This document shows positions 1 to 17,572 of a stretch of 64,000 bases of DNA, piece after piece. Each line of letters starts with the position of its first letter. The first letter of the stretch is position 1. Source of the DNA: the human T2T-CHM13v2.0 reference genome, Homo sapiens; assembly GCF_009914755.1 (NCBI RefSeq), contig NC_060930.1. One strand, written 5' to 3'. The notes under the pieces are model-generated. The model saw only the letters and a program-made list of their open reading frames with translations. It ran no database searches and had not been told where the DNA came from. A program made the translations under genes and the position numbers.

Positions 1-2019
1 GTGATCTCGAGGTCAACTGAAATTCCTACCCAGGTACCTTGACCCTCCCCCTCAGGTATCTTCTGCTGTTCATTCCCACATCACATCACCACACTCACCT
101 ACCTCTCATCCTGCCAGAGCCCACTCTCAAGCTGTGTGCTGGAGCAGCCCTACTTTCAGTCTGCTGATCTGATTAATTTCCTCTCCTCCCATGTCAACAC
201 AGTCCTTAACTCAGCATCCAAGAGCTGTCAAATCCAGCCCCAAACTCCACGGTTCAGACCCACCTTTCAACACACAGTTCCCCAGGGCTGCCTCCCTTTC
301 CCTTGAGGCCTCTCTTAACATACAGGCTCTTCTGCTACAGACTGTTGAATGTTATTTAAGTTACTGATCATTTAGTTCTATGAAACCAACAGGGAGGGCC
401 AAGATCCCATCACGTTCCTAGACGTGCCACACTCAACAGAGCTTGCCAAGAGAAATGGACAAAGGCCTTGCTATGCATTCTGCTCCTCTGGTTCTCATTC
501 CAGTGTGTGTTCTCCTGGCTGGACAGACATCTTCCCATGTCACTCTCCAACTTCCAGGACAGCCTTCAAACTAACGGCCCTAATGAAGGCCCCACAGGGC
601 TAATCCTACTTAACCAATGCAATGCCATGACTGGCCAGACTCTGGCTTTTATTAGCATTCCCAAGTTCATCATGTGACTTCAAGACCACATTGCTCTGCT
701 CACCTGACACTTCCCACCCTATTCTTCCAACACATTTTACCAGGGATAATGCCATTCTGGAAATAACGACAAATCCTCAAAACCACCATCCAACAATGCT
801 GCCCTCCAAAGCAGTCCTTTCCAACATCCCACAAAAACCTTCATTTTAGAAGTAGCAGGAAGGTCAAGCAATCTATGGCCTACCAACAGCTTCAATACTG
901 ACGAGCAATACAGGTTTCGTTATGACCACATCAACTAGATCAAGGCAGTGGGGTGGACTCTGTAGGCTGAGGGCAAACATGTAAGCCTGACATGGCCCTT
1001 CTGGGGAATTAGCGCAGTCAGTCATGGTGTGCCTGCAGGAATGATGGCAGGACACTGGCCAGACCATGGTTCTAAATGTCAAAGCTTTTGTATACATCCT
1101 TTCTTTTACAGTGCTATGCTCTAGAATCACCAATCCCCATTAAAAAAAACACACCTGGCATTCAAACAGACATGCAATGAGTTTGTTCTTTTATCTTCGA
1201 GATGTAATTTTCTTTACAGGTTTCAGAGCATTAAAGGGGAACTCCAGATACCACCTTGCCCTGCTACTGACTTCAGCCTATGTCCTCCTTACATTGAAAG
1301 GCTGTGAAAGTGGCACCAGGTAGGCATGTGTTGCTTCTGGAGCACTTTCTCCCAAAACACAAGAGCAGCCTGCTGGCACCAACAGAGAAGCTAGGATCCA
1401 AGCTCCGGAGGCTCCGCCCACAGCACATAGCACTGTGAGCCAGCGTGCCGCATCCTGAAACTTCAAGGGGCTGGGATCCCGTCTCCGGCTCCTGTCTCTA
1501 CACAGGACTCTCAAAACAGGTTCTGACCTTAGAAAATTTAGGCCTCCGGCTCTCTGGTGTGCCTAGAAAGTTTTTCCTCTTAGGACTTTGAAACCTCATA
1601 TAACAATTCATAGCCACTCATAAGCATAACTGCAGTATCAAAACAAAAAGGTTAAACATGAAAATTATGACTCACTTTTGAGTTAAAGAACTTTTAATTC
1701 TTGACCAAAGTTGCAAAATTAAAGCCCAAGGATTTCCTTTTTCCTAAGAGATCACATATAGGACATGAACAGGGTCTACAGAGAAGGTGGCCACAGGGTT
1801 TATAAGTGTCCTTGCTTAGGCCACACATTAAAAAAGCGTGATTCTCCAATAACAGGGACCAGACAGAGGCCTTTGGAGAAATGGCTGATTCCAGGACTAG
1901 AACAGGGAACACAAAGGATGAACCTGGTGCATCTCGAGGAGCCAGACAGCAAGGAAGCCTGCAAAGAATGCACGGCTCACACTTCAAGGTGCTCCTAAAG
2001 GCCAAATCTCAAACAACCT

Positions 2020-3526
<1,507 letters not shown>

Positions 3527-5010
3527 TCAACAAATGAACACTTAAGATTACATTTCATTGTATTTAAATTTTACATCAAAAGAACAAAACATAACCAACC
3601 TCTAGTATATCATATGCACTTTCATTTTGAGGAAGGATATGGATGCCTGCAGTTTTCTTGGAAATGTGTTAGAGGGCCAGAGGGTGACAGTGGAGTGCAT
3701 ACGGAAAGAGACGTGAGAAAGCAAGCGAAGCCCTGAGTACCTATCCGCAAGGAATTTAAAGAAGAGACATGTTCTGTGGCTCCTGTTTCAGTCCCCAAGC
3801 TCCCCGTGCACCCTTTCCCTTTAAGGTGGAAGCCCTGGACCTAGTGCATTTCCAGAAACTCCTACCTACAGAAGGACTTCTATGATGAAATCTGCCCAAA
3901 GAGGGATGAAGCTAAGGGAGAAAAAGTGCTTTTACAGGACTAAAGATCAGGTTCCTCTAGTTTTTGTTAGTTTTTGTTTTTGGTCCGAGTGTCAGGTTTC
4001 AAATTGTAACCCAGCTAAACTGAACTTTCTCTGTTCACAAGCTTACAATGCCTGTCAGGAGGGCGCTTACCTGTTTTTGCCCTCTTTATACTCCCACCTA
4101 TTCCAAGCTAAGGGTTTAAAGAAAGATGACAAATAGTCCTACATGCTCCCACTTAATGCTTATGTGTACAATGAAAAGGGAACCCCAAGAGACAGATTTC
4201 CCAGCCAGACCCTATTTAATACTAAAACAGGTGTTTTAATAGAGACTTTACTTGCAGAGTATAAATCTCTTAGAGCTCAATTTCCATATTCAATAGATCA
4301 GCTTTCTCACCTGAACAATGTTTCAGGCATATCTAATTCTCCTAGTTCTACCGAGAGAGGTAACAGCGCAACAGCTGGTGAGTTCTCAGCACTCCTCAGA
4401 CTTCAGGACAGTCTCCTGCTTATGCTGCTACCAAGTTGTCAATATTTGTTCAAAAGGGAAAGAATTTGGGCCTATTAAATGACTGAATATCTACATAAAT
4501 GCTTTTTTCATGAAGAGAGGGGTGTGCCTTCAGGAATGGGGAGAAGAGAGGCAGAAAGTGAGCCTGCCCAACACCCCAGCATGCTCTGTGGGGAAAGAAC
4601 CATCTGAGAGAGTTGCCACGTTCATCGCTCAATGGTGGGGGAGGGGGAGCAGAGCGCAAAAACAGCACTAAATAGGGCACACAGCTCACGTTTTTACTTG
4701 GAAGAAATGGACACTTACGTGGGCTGGGGCAGTTACAAGCTGACATCAGCAAGTTCCTGCCCATGGCTGTTTTCCTGCAGGTTGAAAAACCTGTTTGGAC
4801 AGCCCTGGCCTGGCCACGTTACAAAATCTGGTCATTGAAGAGATTTCCAAGGCAGAGGCAGTTTCCCACATACGTTCCCACGAGGACTTTGTGCACTGCT
4901 CCTTGGCATGGCTGTCTTAATAGCCACGGCTTCAGCTCTAGGGTCTCCCGGAAAGATGGTGTCCTGGTTCCAAGTTCCTGTATCTACCCACTTTCCCCAC
5001 TTCTTTAAAA

Positions 5011-5295
5011 TTTTTTTTGAGACACGGTCTCGCTCTGTCACCCAGGCTAGAGTGCAGTGGCGCAATCTTGGCTTACTACAACCTCTGCCTCCCAGGCTCA
5101 AGTGATCCTCCCACCTCAGCCACCTGACTGAGACCACAGGCGTGCACCACCATAGCCAGCTAATTTTTTAAATTTTGGTAGAGACGGGGTTTCGCCATGT
5201 TCCCCAGGCTGGGCAAGACTCCTGAGCTCAAGGGATTCGCCTGCCTCGGCCTCCCAGAGTGCTGGGATTCCAGGTGTGAGCCGCTGTGCCTGGCT
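5011..5295 (-). mobile_element. Alu (J-like)
   Basis: Antisense Alu dimer. Confidence 0.9.
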
Positions 5296-6635
5296 TTTCC
5301 GTGCTTCTTTACCAATGCTGCATCCAGCACACTTGGAGTAGGAGCGAACCGAGAGTCCTCAATATCTCATTTCCAGGTTCTCTGAGGAGCTCCTGTGACA
5401 GCGCCTGCCTCCCTCCCTGTGCAGTATCACCACGTGGGCCCCGGAGGTGAGAGGAGGTTGGGCACAGCTGGCACAGGTCCCTGACTTGCCCAAGTGAAAT
5501 AGATCTGTGCCCTGGGGTCTGGCAGGAATCCGCGTGGTTGCAAATGGAGATGGACTCGTGCAGGTCATTTGTGGAAAGCAGCACCACTCCCTTTGAGAAC
5601 TCCAGAGAGGGTTTTGGGGGAACCTGAGATGTGGGGATGCTGAGAACAAAAATATCTGAGAACAGATGAGATGGGTGAGCCTCAAGTGGGAAATGGGGAG
5701 AGCTGTCATTTCAAGGAACAGCATGAGGCTGGGAAGGAAACCGGTACATCCAGGAACTCTGGGCCACTCTGCTCTTTACGTGGAAAGCAGGAACCCAGGC
5801 CAAAAGGCAGGGCTTGGCAAAAAGACCCCAGGAGCATTCTTGCCCTGGCACCTTCTCTGCCAGGCCCCTGAACCTGGTGGCCATCAGATGATTTGTTTCG
5901 GGGAGCCCTGCAGAGCAATCAGGCTGACTGTGGACAATCAGGGCAGAGACGGTAGTCAGGAGGCAGTCAGGAGCCTCTCCCTTCTCTTTCCAGAGGTAGT
6001 TTCCTTCTGCCTCTTAATTTCAGGTAGCTTCTGATCAGATCAATCCAGAATCTAGGATTATGCTGATGTCGCAGACTCACCATGGGAAACTTGCCCTCAT
6101 GAACTAGGATGACTTTCCCTGTTTATCCTCAGCAGAAAGAAGGCAAATGCCCTGTATGTGAAAGCGGAACTGCCTGTCCCTGTGGAGAGGCCTGGCTCTG
6201 CTGCTCTACCCAGCTTGCTTACAGGCCCTCACTCAACAAACAACGTAACTAATGCGAGGCAATTAAGATATCTCCTGCAGACTCCCAGCATTTAGCTCAA
6301 GTGTCTACACGTACAGGCTATTGTTTACAGCTTTTCAAGTCTCTCATCACACCATCAATATTCTTGGTTGGATTAGCACAAACCTCAAGCCAGGAGTCGA
6401 GCACTGGCTGGGCTGCCTGCGAAGTAGCTATGGATGGATGTGCTGGTACCTGCAGGCAGCTGGGGTGGAATCTCAGAGGCAGGGGGAGGAGAGGCAGCCT
6501 CTGCTCTATTCTGCCTTCCTCTACCAGGACTGAGCCCACTATCGGCCCCGCCCACCATGAGAGAGGATAACCCACACCTCTGGACCACCCTTTGAGAGGG
6601 CCACAGCAGTCCAAAAGCCCTTTAAAAAGATTCCT

Positions 6636-6961
<326 letters not shown>

Positions 6962-7086
6962 TTCCTACTTTGGGATAGTAAGTTGCTAAATAAATACTTC
7001 AAAAATAACCCACAAATTTGCCATTTTGCCATTGTTTCCAGGCCCACCACCCTACCTACTGAAGATAACTGTGAACTTCAACTCAC

Positions 7087-7233
7087 TTATCATCTTTCTC
7101 ATAAATATTCAGTCCAAGGGCATCAACTCCAAGCCAAAGGTCTGTTCCTTTCTTGTTTTTTATCTCGAAATAGTTGATTCCATACATTTCCAGGTCCTGA
7201 GCAATCTTCAGGTATTCCAACATAGCATTATCT
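7087..7233 (-). CDS. EZR: Ezrin exon 7 (147 nt, [49 protein letters not shown])
   Basis: Matches ORF 7083..7274; CCCAATTAG acceptor, TAA|GTGAGT donor. Confidence 0.99.
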
Positions 7234-8210
7234 CTAATTGGGGAGAGTGAAACAGGCAGAGTCACTGGTAGCACTCAATATCTAGAACAGTAAAACCTTT
7301 CCAGTATTTTTAAATTAAGGTGCCTTGTGTAGGATGGGCTCAATGCTGTGTGCTGCGTGCAGGCAGGCAGGGGCCGGGCAGCCGACCGGTGAGGAGGGGA
7401 CCCATACAGCCCAGAAGCTATGCCTGGGGTGGGGTCCGTGCTGCCCTGGAGCCTCACCACCAAACCCCACACTTTGAAGAAGAACTGATTCACACTGGTT
7501 TCTCTAACAGGTTTTTAAGTTTTATCACTCAGCACAATCCTCCTTTTTCTCTTGCCCACACATGTCTTCCCACAACCCTCCTCATAGGCTTTGAGTTGTT
7601 TTCCTTCCATAAAGGATGTTTGGGCCAGACAGGAAACCCTGAAGCACAAAATCTGAGGCTCAAACCTCAAACAAACTTCAGAGGCTGAAATAATGCAGAC
7701 TCGCAAGACTAGGCCAGAGACAAGGCTCTAGGACGAGAACACCCAGAATCAGGTGGCTCGGCCATGTCTTACATTAACAGCCCCACGTCCAGGTTCTCTG
7801 ACATCAGCATTTCTCACTTGGGATCCTTTTTCATTTATATACACTTTGTAAGACAAGTACCTTCATATAATGAGCAAACCAGCATCTCTTTGACAGAATA
7901 ATGCTGATTGCAGGTGAACAATGCCCCTCTGACTAAGATGAAGTTTAGACACAACACTTTCTACAAAGGGAGGGTGTAAGCTTTTAGAACCTGAAGGCTT
8001 GAGCTAAACCGCTTCTTTCCCCAGGCAAGACACCTGGCTTTGTTTAAAAAAAACCTCTTCCCTAAGAAAACCCCACTTTTAACTCGGTTCCCTCAAGGTC
8101 TTCACAAGGCCTGACACAGAGCCCTTTAAAGCACTAACTAGAGTCACAGGAAAAGACATGCTGGAGCGCACGGAGATGGCAAGATCCCAACAGCAGGGCA
8201 CAACACTCAC

Positions 8211-8294
8211 TTGAGCATCCCACGGTGTTCCGCATGCCACACCTGGATCCGGTCCTCCCACTGGTCCCTGGTAAGTTTGTGCTGGTCCATCACT
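8211..8294 (-). CDS. EZR: Ezrin exon 6 (84 nt, [28 protein letters not shown])
   Basis: TTTGCATTCCAG acceptor, CAA|GTGAGT donor, phase 2-2. Confidence 0.98.
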
Positions 8295-8875
8295 CTGGAA
8301 TGCAAAAGGAAACAGCACTGTCATCCTTAAGGAATGTGACAGGCAAGGAAGGAGGCCCACTTACCACCCACATTCAAACCCTTACTTTCCATTCAAATCA
8401 ATCAATCCCAAAGAGCTTTGGTTTCTATTTCCTGATGTGCAGCATTTCTATTTATGACAGTTAATCTGGAAGACTTAGCATTTTGAACAAGAACTCAGTT
8501 CTGCTGGAAAAACTAAGAGGTATTTTAAGTGGCCTCTTCTTCCAAATGGGGTAATTTTTGTGACCATTACTAAATAAAAACAGATTTCACAGGGGCAACC
8601 TATCATACCCCAGGAGGAGCTGAGCAGTCAGGTCGAGAAGTTTGCTATGCCATGTCCCACAGGACACGGCCACGCTTTAGTTTCCATGAGGAATGGCAGC
8701 TCGCCTTCCCTGGCTATGTTTCAGGTCGCTGGTCAGTGACTTAATGACTAGCATGAAGGAGCACTTGACACTGGCGAAGTCCTTGCGTTTTTAAACTGTG
8801 CTTCTAAGGCAATCACTTCTCCCTGCCGAGGACGGCATGACTGCTCCTGCCCAGGCCGGGTCATCCTGTGCTCAC

Positions 8876-9150
8876 CTTTGAGGGATCAGCCGCTCAGAGC
8901 TGAGGTACCCAGACTTGTGCACTTCTTTGTTGTAGTCCCCAAACTTGGCCTGCACAGCGTAGGACCCCAAGAGCACGGCAGTCTCAGGGGGGCAGTAGAT
9001 CTCATCGCTAAGGATTCCTTCCTTCACTTGGAGGAAGAAAAGTTTCTGGGTGATGTCCTGGATGAGCTCCTCAGCCACATCTTCAGGGTAGAACTTGGCC
9101 CGGAACTTGAACTGGAGGGGATTCTCCTTCCTGACCTCCTGGGCAGACAC
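8876..9150 (-). CDS. EZR: Ezrin exon 5 (275 nt, [25 protein letters not shown]...SERLIPQR)
   Basis: Matches ORF 8872..9228; TTTCGTGCAG acceptor, AAG|GTGAGC donor. Confidence 0.99.
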
Positions 9151-9281
9151 CTGCACGAAACAAGCCACACTCTCCACACAAATCCGGAAGACGAAGGCCC
9201 ACTGTCCCCAACACAGGCTTCTAACCAAGACTCAATGGGGCCCTCAAGCCAGTTTTCAGGAGATATTTATTCTTAAAGTCA

Positions 9282-9657
<376 letters not shown>

Positions 9658-9658
9658 A

Positions 9659-9987
<329 letters not shown>

Positions 9988-10675
9988 TCAGCTGGAAATC
10001 AAAGCTACTGCCTCACTAAGCCCCAGTCCTCATGGGATGATGCTATCAATCCTGGAGAACTCAAATTTGGAAATGACCCCAGTGACCTGGAATGGGGCCA
10101 CATGCCAATCGGGCCCTGGACCCCAAAACTTACTGTTAAGAATTCCTCCTGCTCCTCCACTCTTCCCCACCTCCCATTATCTTTTTAACTTGTTGCTGTG
10201 ACTTGGGAGGACAGTGGGGGTTTCAAAAAAAAAAAAAAAGGATAATTTTCAGAGTTTGAAGAAAATGTTTATCTTACTACTTTTCTTTTTGGTTGGTTAA
10301 TGGAATTATCCACTCTTTGAAGTTGGAAGATAATCTGTCACAGGTTCAAACAAAGCAATAACAGGTTCTTACAAGATGGTGGATGATTCACAGTTTATAA
10401 GATTAACAATCTCATTGAAAAAACTAAGGTCAACTAAAAGCTATGCAATTAACCATCATATGCTCCAATGAGTGAGCACTATGGAGAAATGCCAGATCTG
10501 ATTTCCAATCGATATCTCCATTTACTGGAAACCTGCAACCTTTTTGTCTGTAAAAACTTTTACACAAACAAAAAGGAACAGAAAACAAAAGACAGGGTGA
10601 GTTGCTCCAGTTTCCTTATCGATGAAGCAGACCAACACCCAATCCACAGCCTGTAAATAGTTAATCCTGACTTGC

Positions 10676-10771
10676 CTTCTTATCCAGCTTCAGCCAGGTA
10701 GGAAATCCTTTATTATCCACATAGTGGAGGCCAAAGTACCACACTTCCCGGAGGCCGATAGTCTTTACCAC
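10676..10771 (-). CDS. EZR: Ezrin exon 4 (96 nt, [32 protein letters not shown])
   Basis: (CT)n-rich acceptor ending CGCAG; donor AAG|GCAAGT (GC-AG intron); residues 33-64. Confidence 0.97.
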
Positions 10772-11865
10772 CTGCGTGAGAGAGAGAGAGGCTCAACACT
10801 CATGAGAAACTCACTCAAAAGGGCAACAGCTTTTGGCTGTCGTTCATCACATGGTCTAGCAGAGTCCCCAGGAAACCAGGACATCTGCTCAGTCCAACCA
10901 CTGGGCAACATCTTTTTTTGCACTCAAATAACTTGTTACTAACTGAGGCTATTATCTCAAAGCCATGAACGACTTATTTTTAATATAAATTTGAGCAGAT
11001 TCAGGGTTCTACCTTCAAATCTTAGAAAATCTCACTCCTACTCCTTTGTACTCCAGGATGCTCTCCTGCATGAAACTCAGCAGGGCGGGTTATGGCCAGC
11101 ACACACAGAACCATGGGAGCCCACAGCCCCCCAGGGAACAGTGCGGTGGGTGCATCGCTGCCCGTCAGGTGTGCTCATGCAGAAGACTAAAGCATCCAGT
11201 GCCACACCTGAGCCTCCTCTGGCTGCCTGCCTCTGCCTCTCAGCCAGCTGGCCCAGGGGTCTGACTTACTAGGAACAGGGACAAAGAAATCCTAGGAAAG
11301 GCAGGAAAACAGGCAAGGCAGACTTCTGGGACGGAAGGGTGTCAATGCACAGGGGTGCCCAGAGGAACCTGCATCTTATAGACCTCCAGAAATGGGACAT
11401 TCTGATACAGCAAAGGTAGAATCCCGACCCTAGGTCACAGCAAAGATTTCACATTTTCAAGCCTCTGTTGTGCATTACAGGAGTCCTGAGCTGCTTAGTC
11501 TCACGACTGTCTTGTAAACAGAAAAGCAGTGATAGTCGAACTTGCCGTGGACATTTGTTGAACATCATCTAAACCGAGTCCCAGACAAGTTCGACTATTT
11601 ACATATACATAGATGTCTAATTTAAAATCCCATGATATATAATGTTAAACTTTAAAAAATGCTACCATCCTTCAAATACATGGCTTCTATCATATTTAAT
11701 GCCAAAGAGGGTTGAATACATTAGAAATGACAACTCAGGTATACAGAACATTTGCTTAAAGTAAATCCTAAAATTCCAAATTAACTCCTGATCTGGGCCT
11801 GTTTCTTCATCTGAAGGGTGCAGGGAGGCCAGAGGCTCCCTAAAGCTCTAGAAGTCTGTTTATTA

Positions 11866-12255
<390 letters not shown>

Positions 12256-12846
12256 TTATTGGGGAAAAAAGTATTTAATAAGTAAGTAGTAATATCACTA
12301 ATAAATACTTGATTTAAAAAAATCTTCCAATTTTAAAAAGTGAATTATTTCTCTAAATCTTCATTTCTTCCTTTCATAGATGTTCAGGTACGATCACTTA
12401 GAAATGAGAAGCTGCAGCAACTGAGACAACTAAGGCTCACTCATCCACGCAGCGAGAGGGGTTCTACTCTTGAGGTGGAGGCAGCTGCGGGTAGGAAGCC
12501 GCGTCTCTAATACAGGGTGAGAGACACACAGGCCAGCACCTCCTTACAATGACAAGCACAATAACTCTCTTTTCAGTCCTTTGCTTCCATGCCTGGTAAC
12601 ACACTGAATCCGCCTGACTTTATACAACAGACAGCTGTGTGCTTTCATACACCTCACTTCCCAGGCATGATATACTTGTCTGTTAATGCATTTTATAATG
12701 CTATCATGAAATACTTTCACCTTTTAAAAGATCCTTCTCATCTATTACCTCAAGTGAGTAAAACAAGGTAATATGCTTCGCAAACAAAATAACTGAAATG
12801 TTGCAAAACAGTTTTTTTTTGTAGGTGGAGTTAACTCTCAAGTTCA

Positions 12847-13008
<162 letters not shown>

Positions 13009-13190
13009 CTACATAAGCTGCTCCTCAGTGTGGCGACGGCATATGCCTGACATCAGTTCCTGTGCTAGTCAGGAAGCCACACACCACTCCTGACTGCAGA
13101 TGGCTGGGGATGTCTCAGGAGGCACACAGTGCAAACCAAACGCAGCTTCTTTGCTTTAATAAAGCACACTGACACTTAGGTCTAAGCAGT

Positions 13191-13480
13191 TTTTCTCTTT
13201 TGAGACAGGCTCTTGCTCTGTCACCCAAGCTGGAGTGCAGTGGCACGATCACAGCTCACTAGTCATGATCTCCCAGGCTCACACGAACGCCTCCCACCTC
13301 AGCCTCTTGAGTAGCTGGCACTATAGGTGCCACCATGCCTAGCTCGTTTTGTTTTTTACTTTTTGTAGAGACGGGGTCTCACTATGTCGCCTAGGCTGGT
13401 CTTGAGCTCCTAGGCTCAAGCAAGCCTCCCATCTCAGCCTCCCATAGTGCTGAGATTATAGGCATGGGCCACCCTGCCCA
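13191..13480 (-). mobile_element. Alu (J-like)
   Basis: Antisense dimer, TSD CTAAGCAGTTTTT. Confidence 0.88.
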
Positions 13481-13954
13481 ACCTAAGCAGTTTTTTTCTT
13501 TTTTGTTAAAACAATACTTTAACCTATTTTTCCATGCACCATCTCATATGAGCCTTACGACAGCCAAGGGAGGCAGGAGGGCTCCCAAGGCACCAAGGAA
13601 GTCAGAGAAGGGAAGAGAGAAAGAGCTTTGAATCAGAAGGTTTGAAGCAACCTTAGAAACCATAGTGAGAGAGAAATGGTGAAATGTCCAAAGACACATA
13701 AAAAATGGATTATGTAGTGATATTAAATTATAATTACGAAAATAGTAGAAACTGGGCAAATTGCTTCTGAAATCAAAAATACGACAAGCAACACTCAATG
13801 CAAATGTGAACTCTGTTTAGACAAGACATGAAAATAAAATGTAAAAATGGAAATAGTATGAGGATGGTGAGACACAGAATTGAGGAGGTGGAGATGGGAG
13901 GGCCTTAAAATATTTCTAATGTTGCCATGTAGTTGTTTTAAAAAAACAAAACAC

Positions 13955-14335
<381 letters not shown>

Positions 14336-15238
14336 TTACTAAAGCGTATGAAAAACACTCAAATCTGGCTACTTTATGTCACTGTCCCAAAGAAAACAGC
14401 AGAGCCACATAGCAACTATAATGCTTAATATTAAGAAATGCTTGCTTCTCACCATTTTTCAAGTGAAATATACAGAAGCTGGAGAGATACCTATCCCGGA
14501 TTCTTCCTAACACAGGTGTAAATGTAATAAGGACGTATTACCTGTGCCAGTATATGGCGACAGAGGTTTCGTTATCCAGCCAGGGAACCAGAAATATTAA
14601 GCACTCACCAAATGTCACTTCCTACTTCAGGAACATAATTAGTCTCCCCAGCCGCTCCCACCCCGTCCCAATAACATTTAAGACTATGACTGAGAGATCC
14701 TCTAACATGCATCCAATATGCCTTAAAGGCTCCCCGACTGGTACAACAAGTACAGAAGTATCGTTTTCCAGATCTTGTTTCAAAAGTTTTCTCCACAATC
14801 CCCAAGTCCAGAAGTTAAAGAACTCAAGTTTACTAGGAGGCAACGAGACATGTTTTAAAGTCTTTAATCATACTAAAATATAAAAACCTACTTTTCTTTC
14901 ATTTCCTGCTGGTAATTTTTTTAAAATCACAAAATGGCTGTTATGAAGCATAAAATAAAAGCACGCATTTCTCTCAATTATGGTTCCAAGGGCATGTATT
15001 AGAGATGGGAAAACCAGCCCCAAGTCAAATATCTCAATAACAAATGCAGCTCCAGCTACATACACAGAAGCCAACAATGACATAACACACTAAAACTAAA
15101 GTGGAGGGGCGTTTGCTCACAAATGCAGAACCCTGGATATGCCACCTTTCTTTCTCTGCTATCTACTGGTTCAGAAGTGGGAACCCCAAGTACAATTAGA
15201 ACTGAAGGCCACTGTCTGGTTAGGACAAAGACAAATGA

Positions 15239-15578
<340 letters not shown>

Positions 15579-15776
15579 CAGACTCCAAATTCTAAACCTG
15601 AGTCTCTTCTAAGTTTGAAGACAGTGTGAAAATGACATCTCCTGAAACCAAAGCTAATAATTAACATTAAAAAGATATTAAGCATTTTGCAAACTGACTA
15701 GCAGGAATTTAGAATAACTTATTTTTGGTTCTGAAACAGTTTCATATCTGACTGAAAGTTCACACAACCCTTTTAA

Positions 15777-16100
<324 letters not shown>

Positions 16101-16114
16101 TGAACTTAAAAATT

Positions 16115-16406
16115 GGCTGGGCACAGTGGCTCACGCCTGTAATCCCAGCACTTTGGGAGGCCGAGGAGGGCAGATCACGAGGTCAGGAGATGGAGATCAT
16201 CCTGGCTAACACGATGAAACCCCATCTCTACTAAAAATAGAAAAGATTATCCAGGTGTGTGGGCGCCTGTAGTCACAGCTACTCGGGAGGCTGAGGCAGG
16301 AGAATGGCATCAACCCGGGAGGTGGAGCTTGCAGTGAGCCAAGATCGGGCCACTGCACTCCAGCCTGGGCAACAGGGCAAGACTCCATCTCAAAAAAAAA
16401 AAAAAA
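16115..16406 (+). mobile_element. AluY-like
   Basis: Dimer with GAATGGC/GGAGCTTGC diagnostics. Confidence 0.9.
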
Positions 16407-16616
16407 GTAAGCTACTGAGAAGTTCTGCATGAGTCAACAAATCTACACCTCCTATCAAAAGGACTTCATCTGAGCACCAGCAGCTCCAACACAATGCCAA
16501 CTCTTAGCTGGTCCGATCATTCCACAAAATTTTTTACCTATGCTCCAACACCCATGGGCAATCATTCCCTATGGTACGCAACCTCAAACAATTATTGCAA
16601 GTCTAAAGATCAGGGA

Positions 16617-16832
16617 GGCCAGGCCCATTGGCTCATGCCTGTAATCCCAGCACTGTGGGAAACCAAGGCAGGCAGATCACTTGAGTCCAGGAATTTGAGA
16701 CCAGCCTGGGCAACAAGTCAAGACCCCATCTCTCTACAAAAAATCATTCAGGCTGGAGTGCAGTGAGCTATGATCGAGCCACTGCACTCCAGCCTGAATG
16801 AAAGAGTGAGATCCTCTTTTAAAAAAATAAAA
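16617..16832 (+). mobile_element. Rearranged Alu (J-like): left arm joined to the end of the right arm via an inverted segment
   Basis: 5' part of right arm missing; 22-bp inverted repeat at the junction. Confidence 0.85.
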
Positions 16833-17142
16833 ATGATGATCAGGGAGTTGTTCTGGCACTGCAGTAATAAAACTAGGACCAGCAATAGGAATCCATTGGC
16901 CCTGTTAAAAGGAATAATTTCCAGTTCTGATTTGGGGACACACCAGAACCTTAAGAACCCCTTCTTAGAATCACAGTTTTAATATATATATATATTCATA
17001 CATAGGGCAGGCTCTACAATCTGTATCTTTACATAGAGATTGAAGAGAAGATACTCAAAATCTAAACAGGTAAATGAATACTATGTTAATGAGCTGCTTT
17101 AAGTTAAAGGGCATGTCTGTTACTTGATTAGTCATTACCCTA

Positions 17143-17365
17143 CTAGTGTTTCCCACTGGGGGTGCTCTTGTCATTCTGGACAGCACAAGTATTCATTCTG
17201 CAAGACTATCCCAAGCACTCAGGAACGTTTAGCATCCTTAAGCCATCCAATGACTGAGTGTCCCCAGTCACTGGAACATCTAAAAGCAACCCCATCCACA
17301 CACACATTTCCAAATGCTCTATGGGGAAAAGGGAGGAGATCCTCCCCAGATTAAGGACCACAGCA
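17143..17365. mobile_element. MER20-like hAT DNA transposon relic
   Basis: GTTTAGCATCC...CACACATTTCCAAATG...TTAAGGACCAC motifs. Confidence 0.45.
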
Positions 17366-17572
17366 TGGCACTGCCTTACCCTACTGCATGATAAACAGTT
17401 CCATGTTTAGAAAGGCCAATTATTTTCAATGTTATAGATAAAATAATGTGCTACAATACAGCATAAGCTTTCACCAAAATTTAAAATGAGACATTCACTG
17501 AGATGACAGGACCATTTACATACATACTTTGTCTACTTATCCAAGGGCTTGGGGAAAAAAAACAGACTTTGG

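Noticed and set aside
11532-11598. Hairpin as a C/D-box snoRNA
   Set aside because: Only an imperfect internal C-box-like ATGATGT and no terminal CTGA D box
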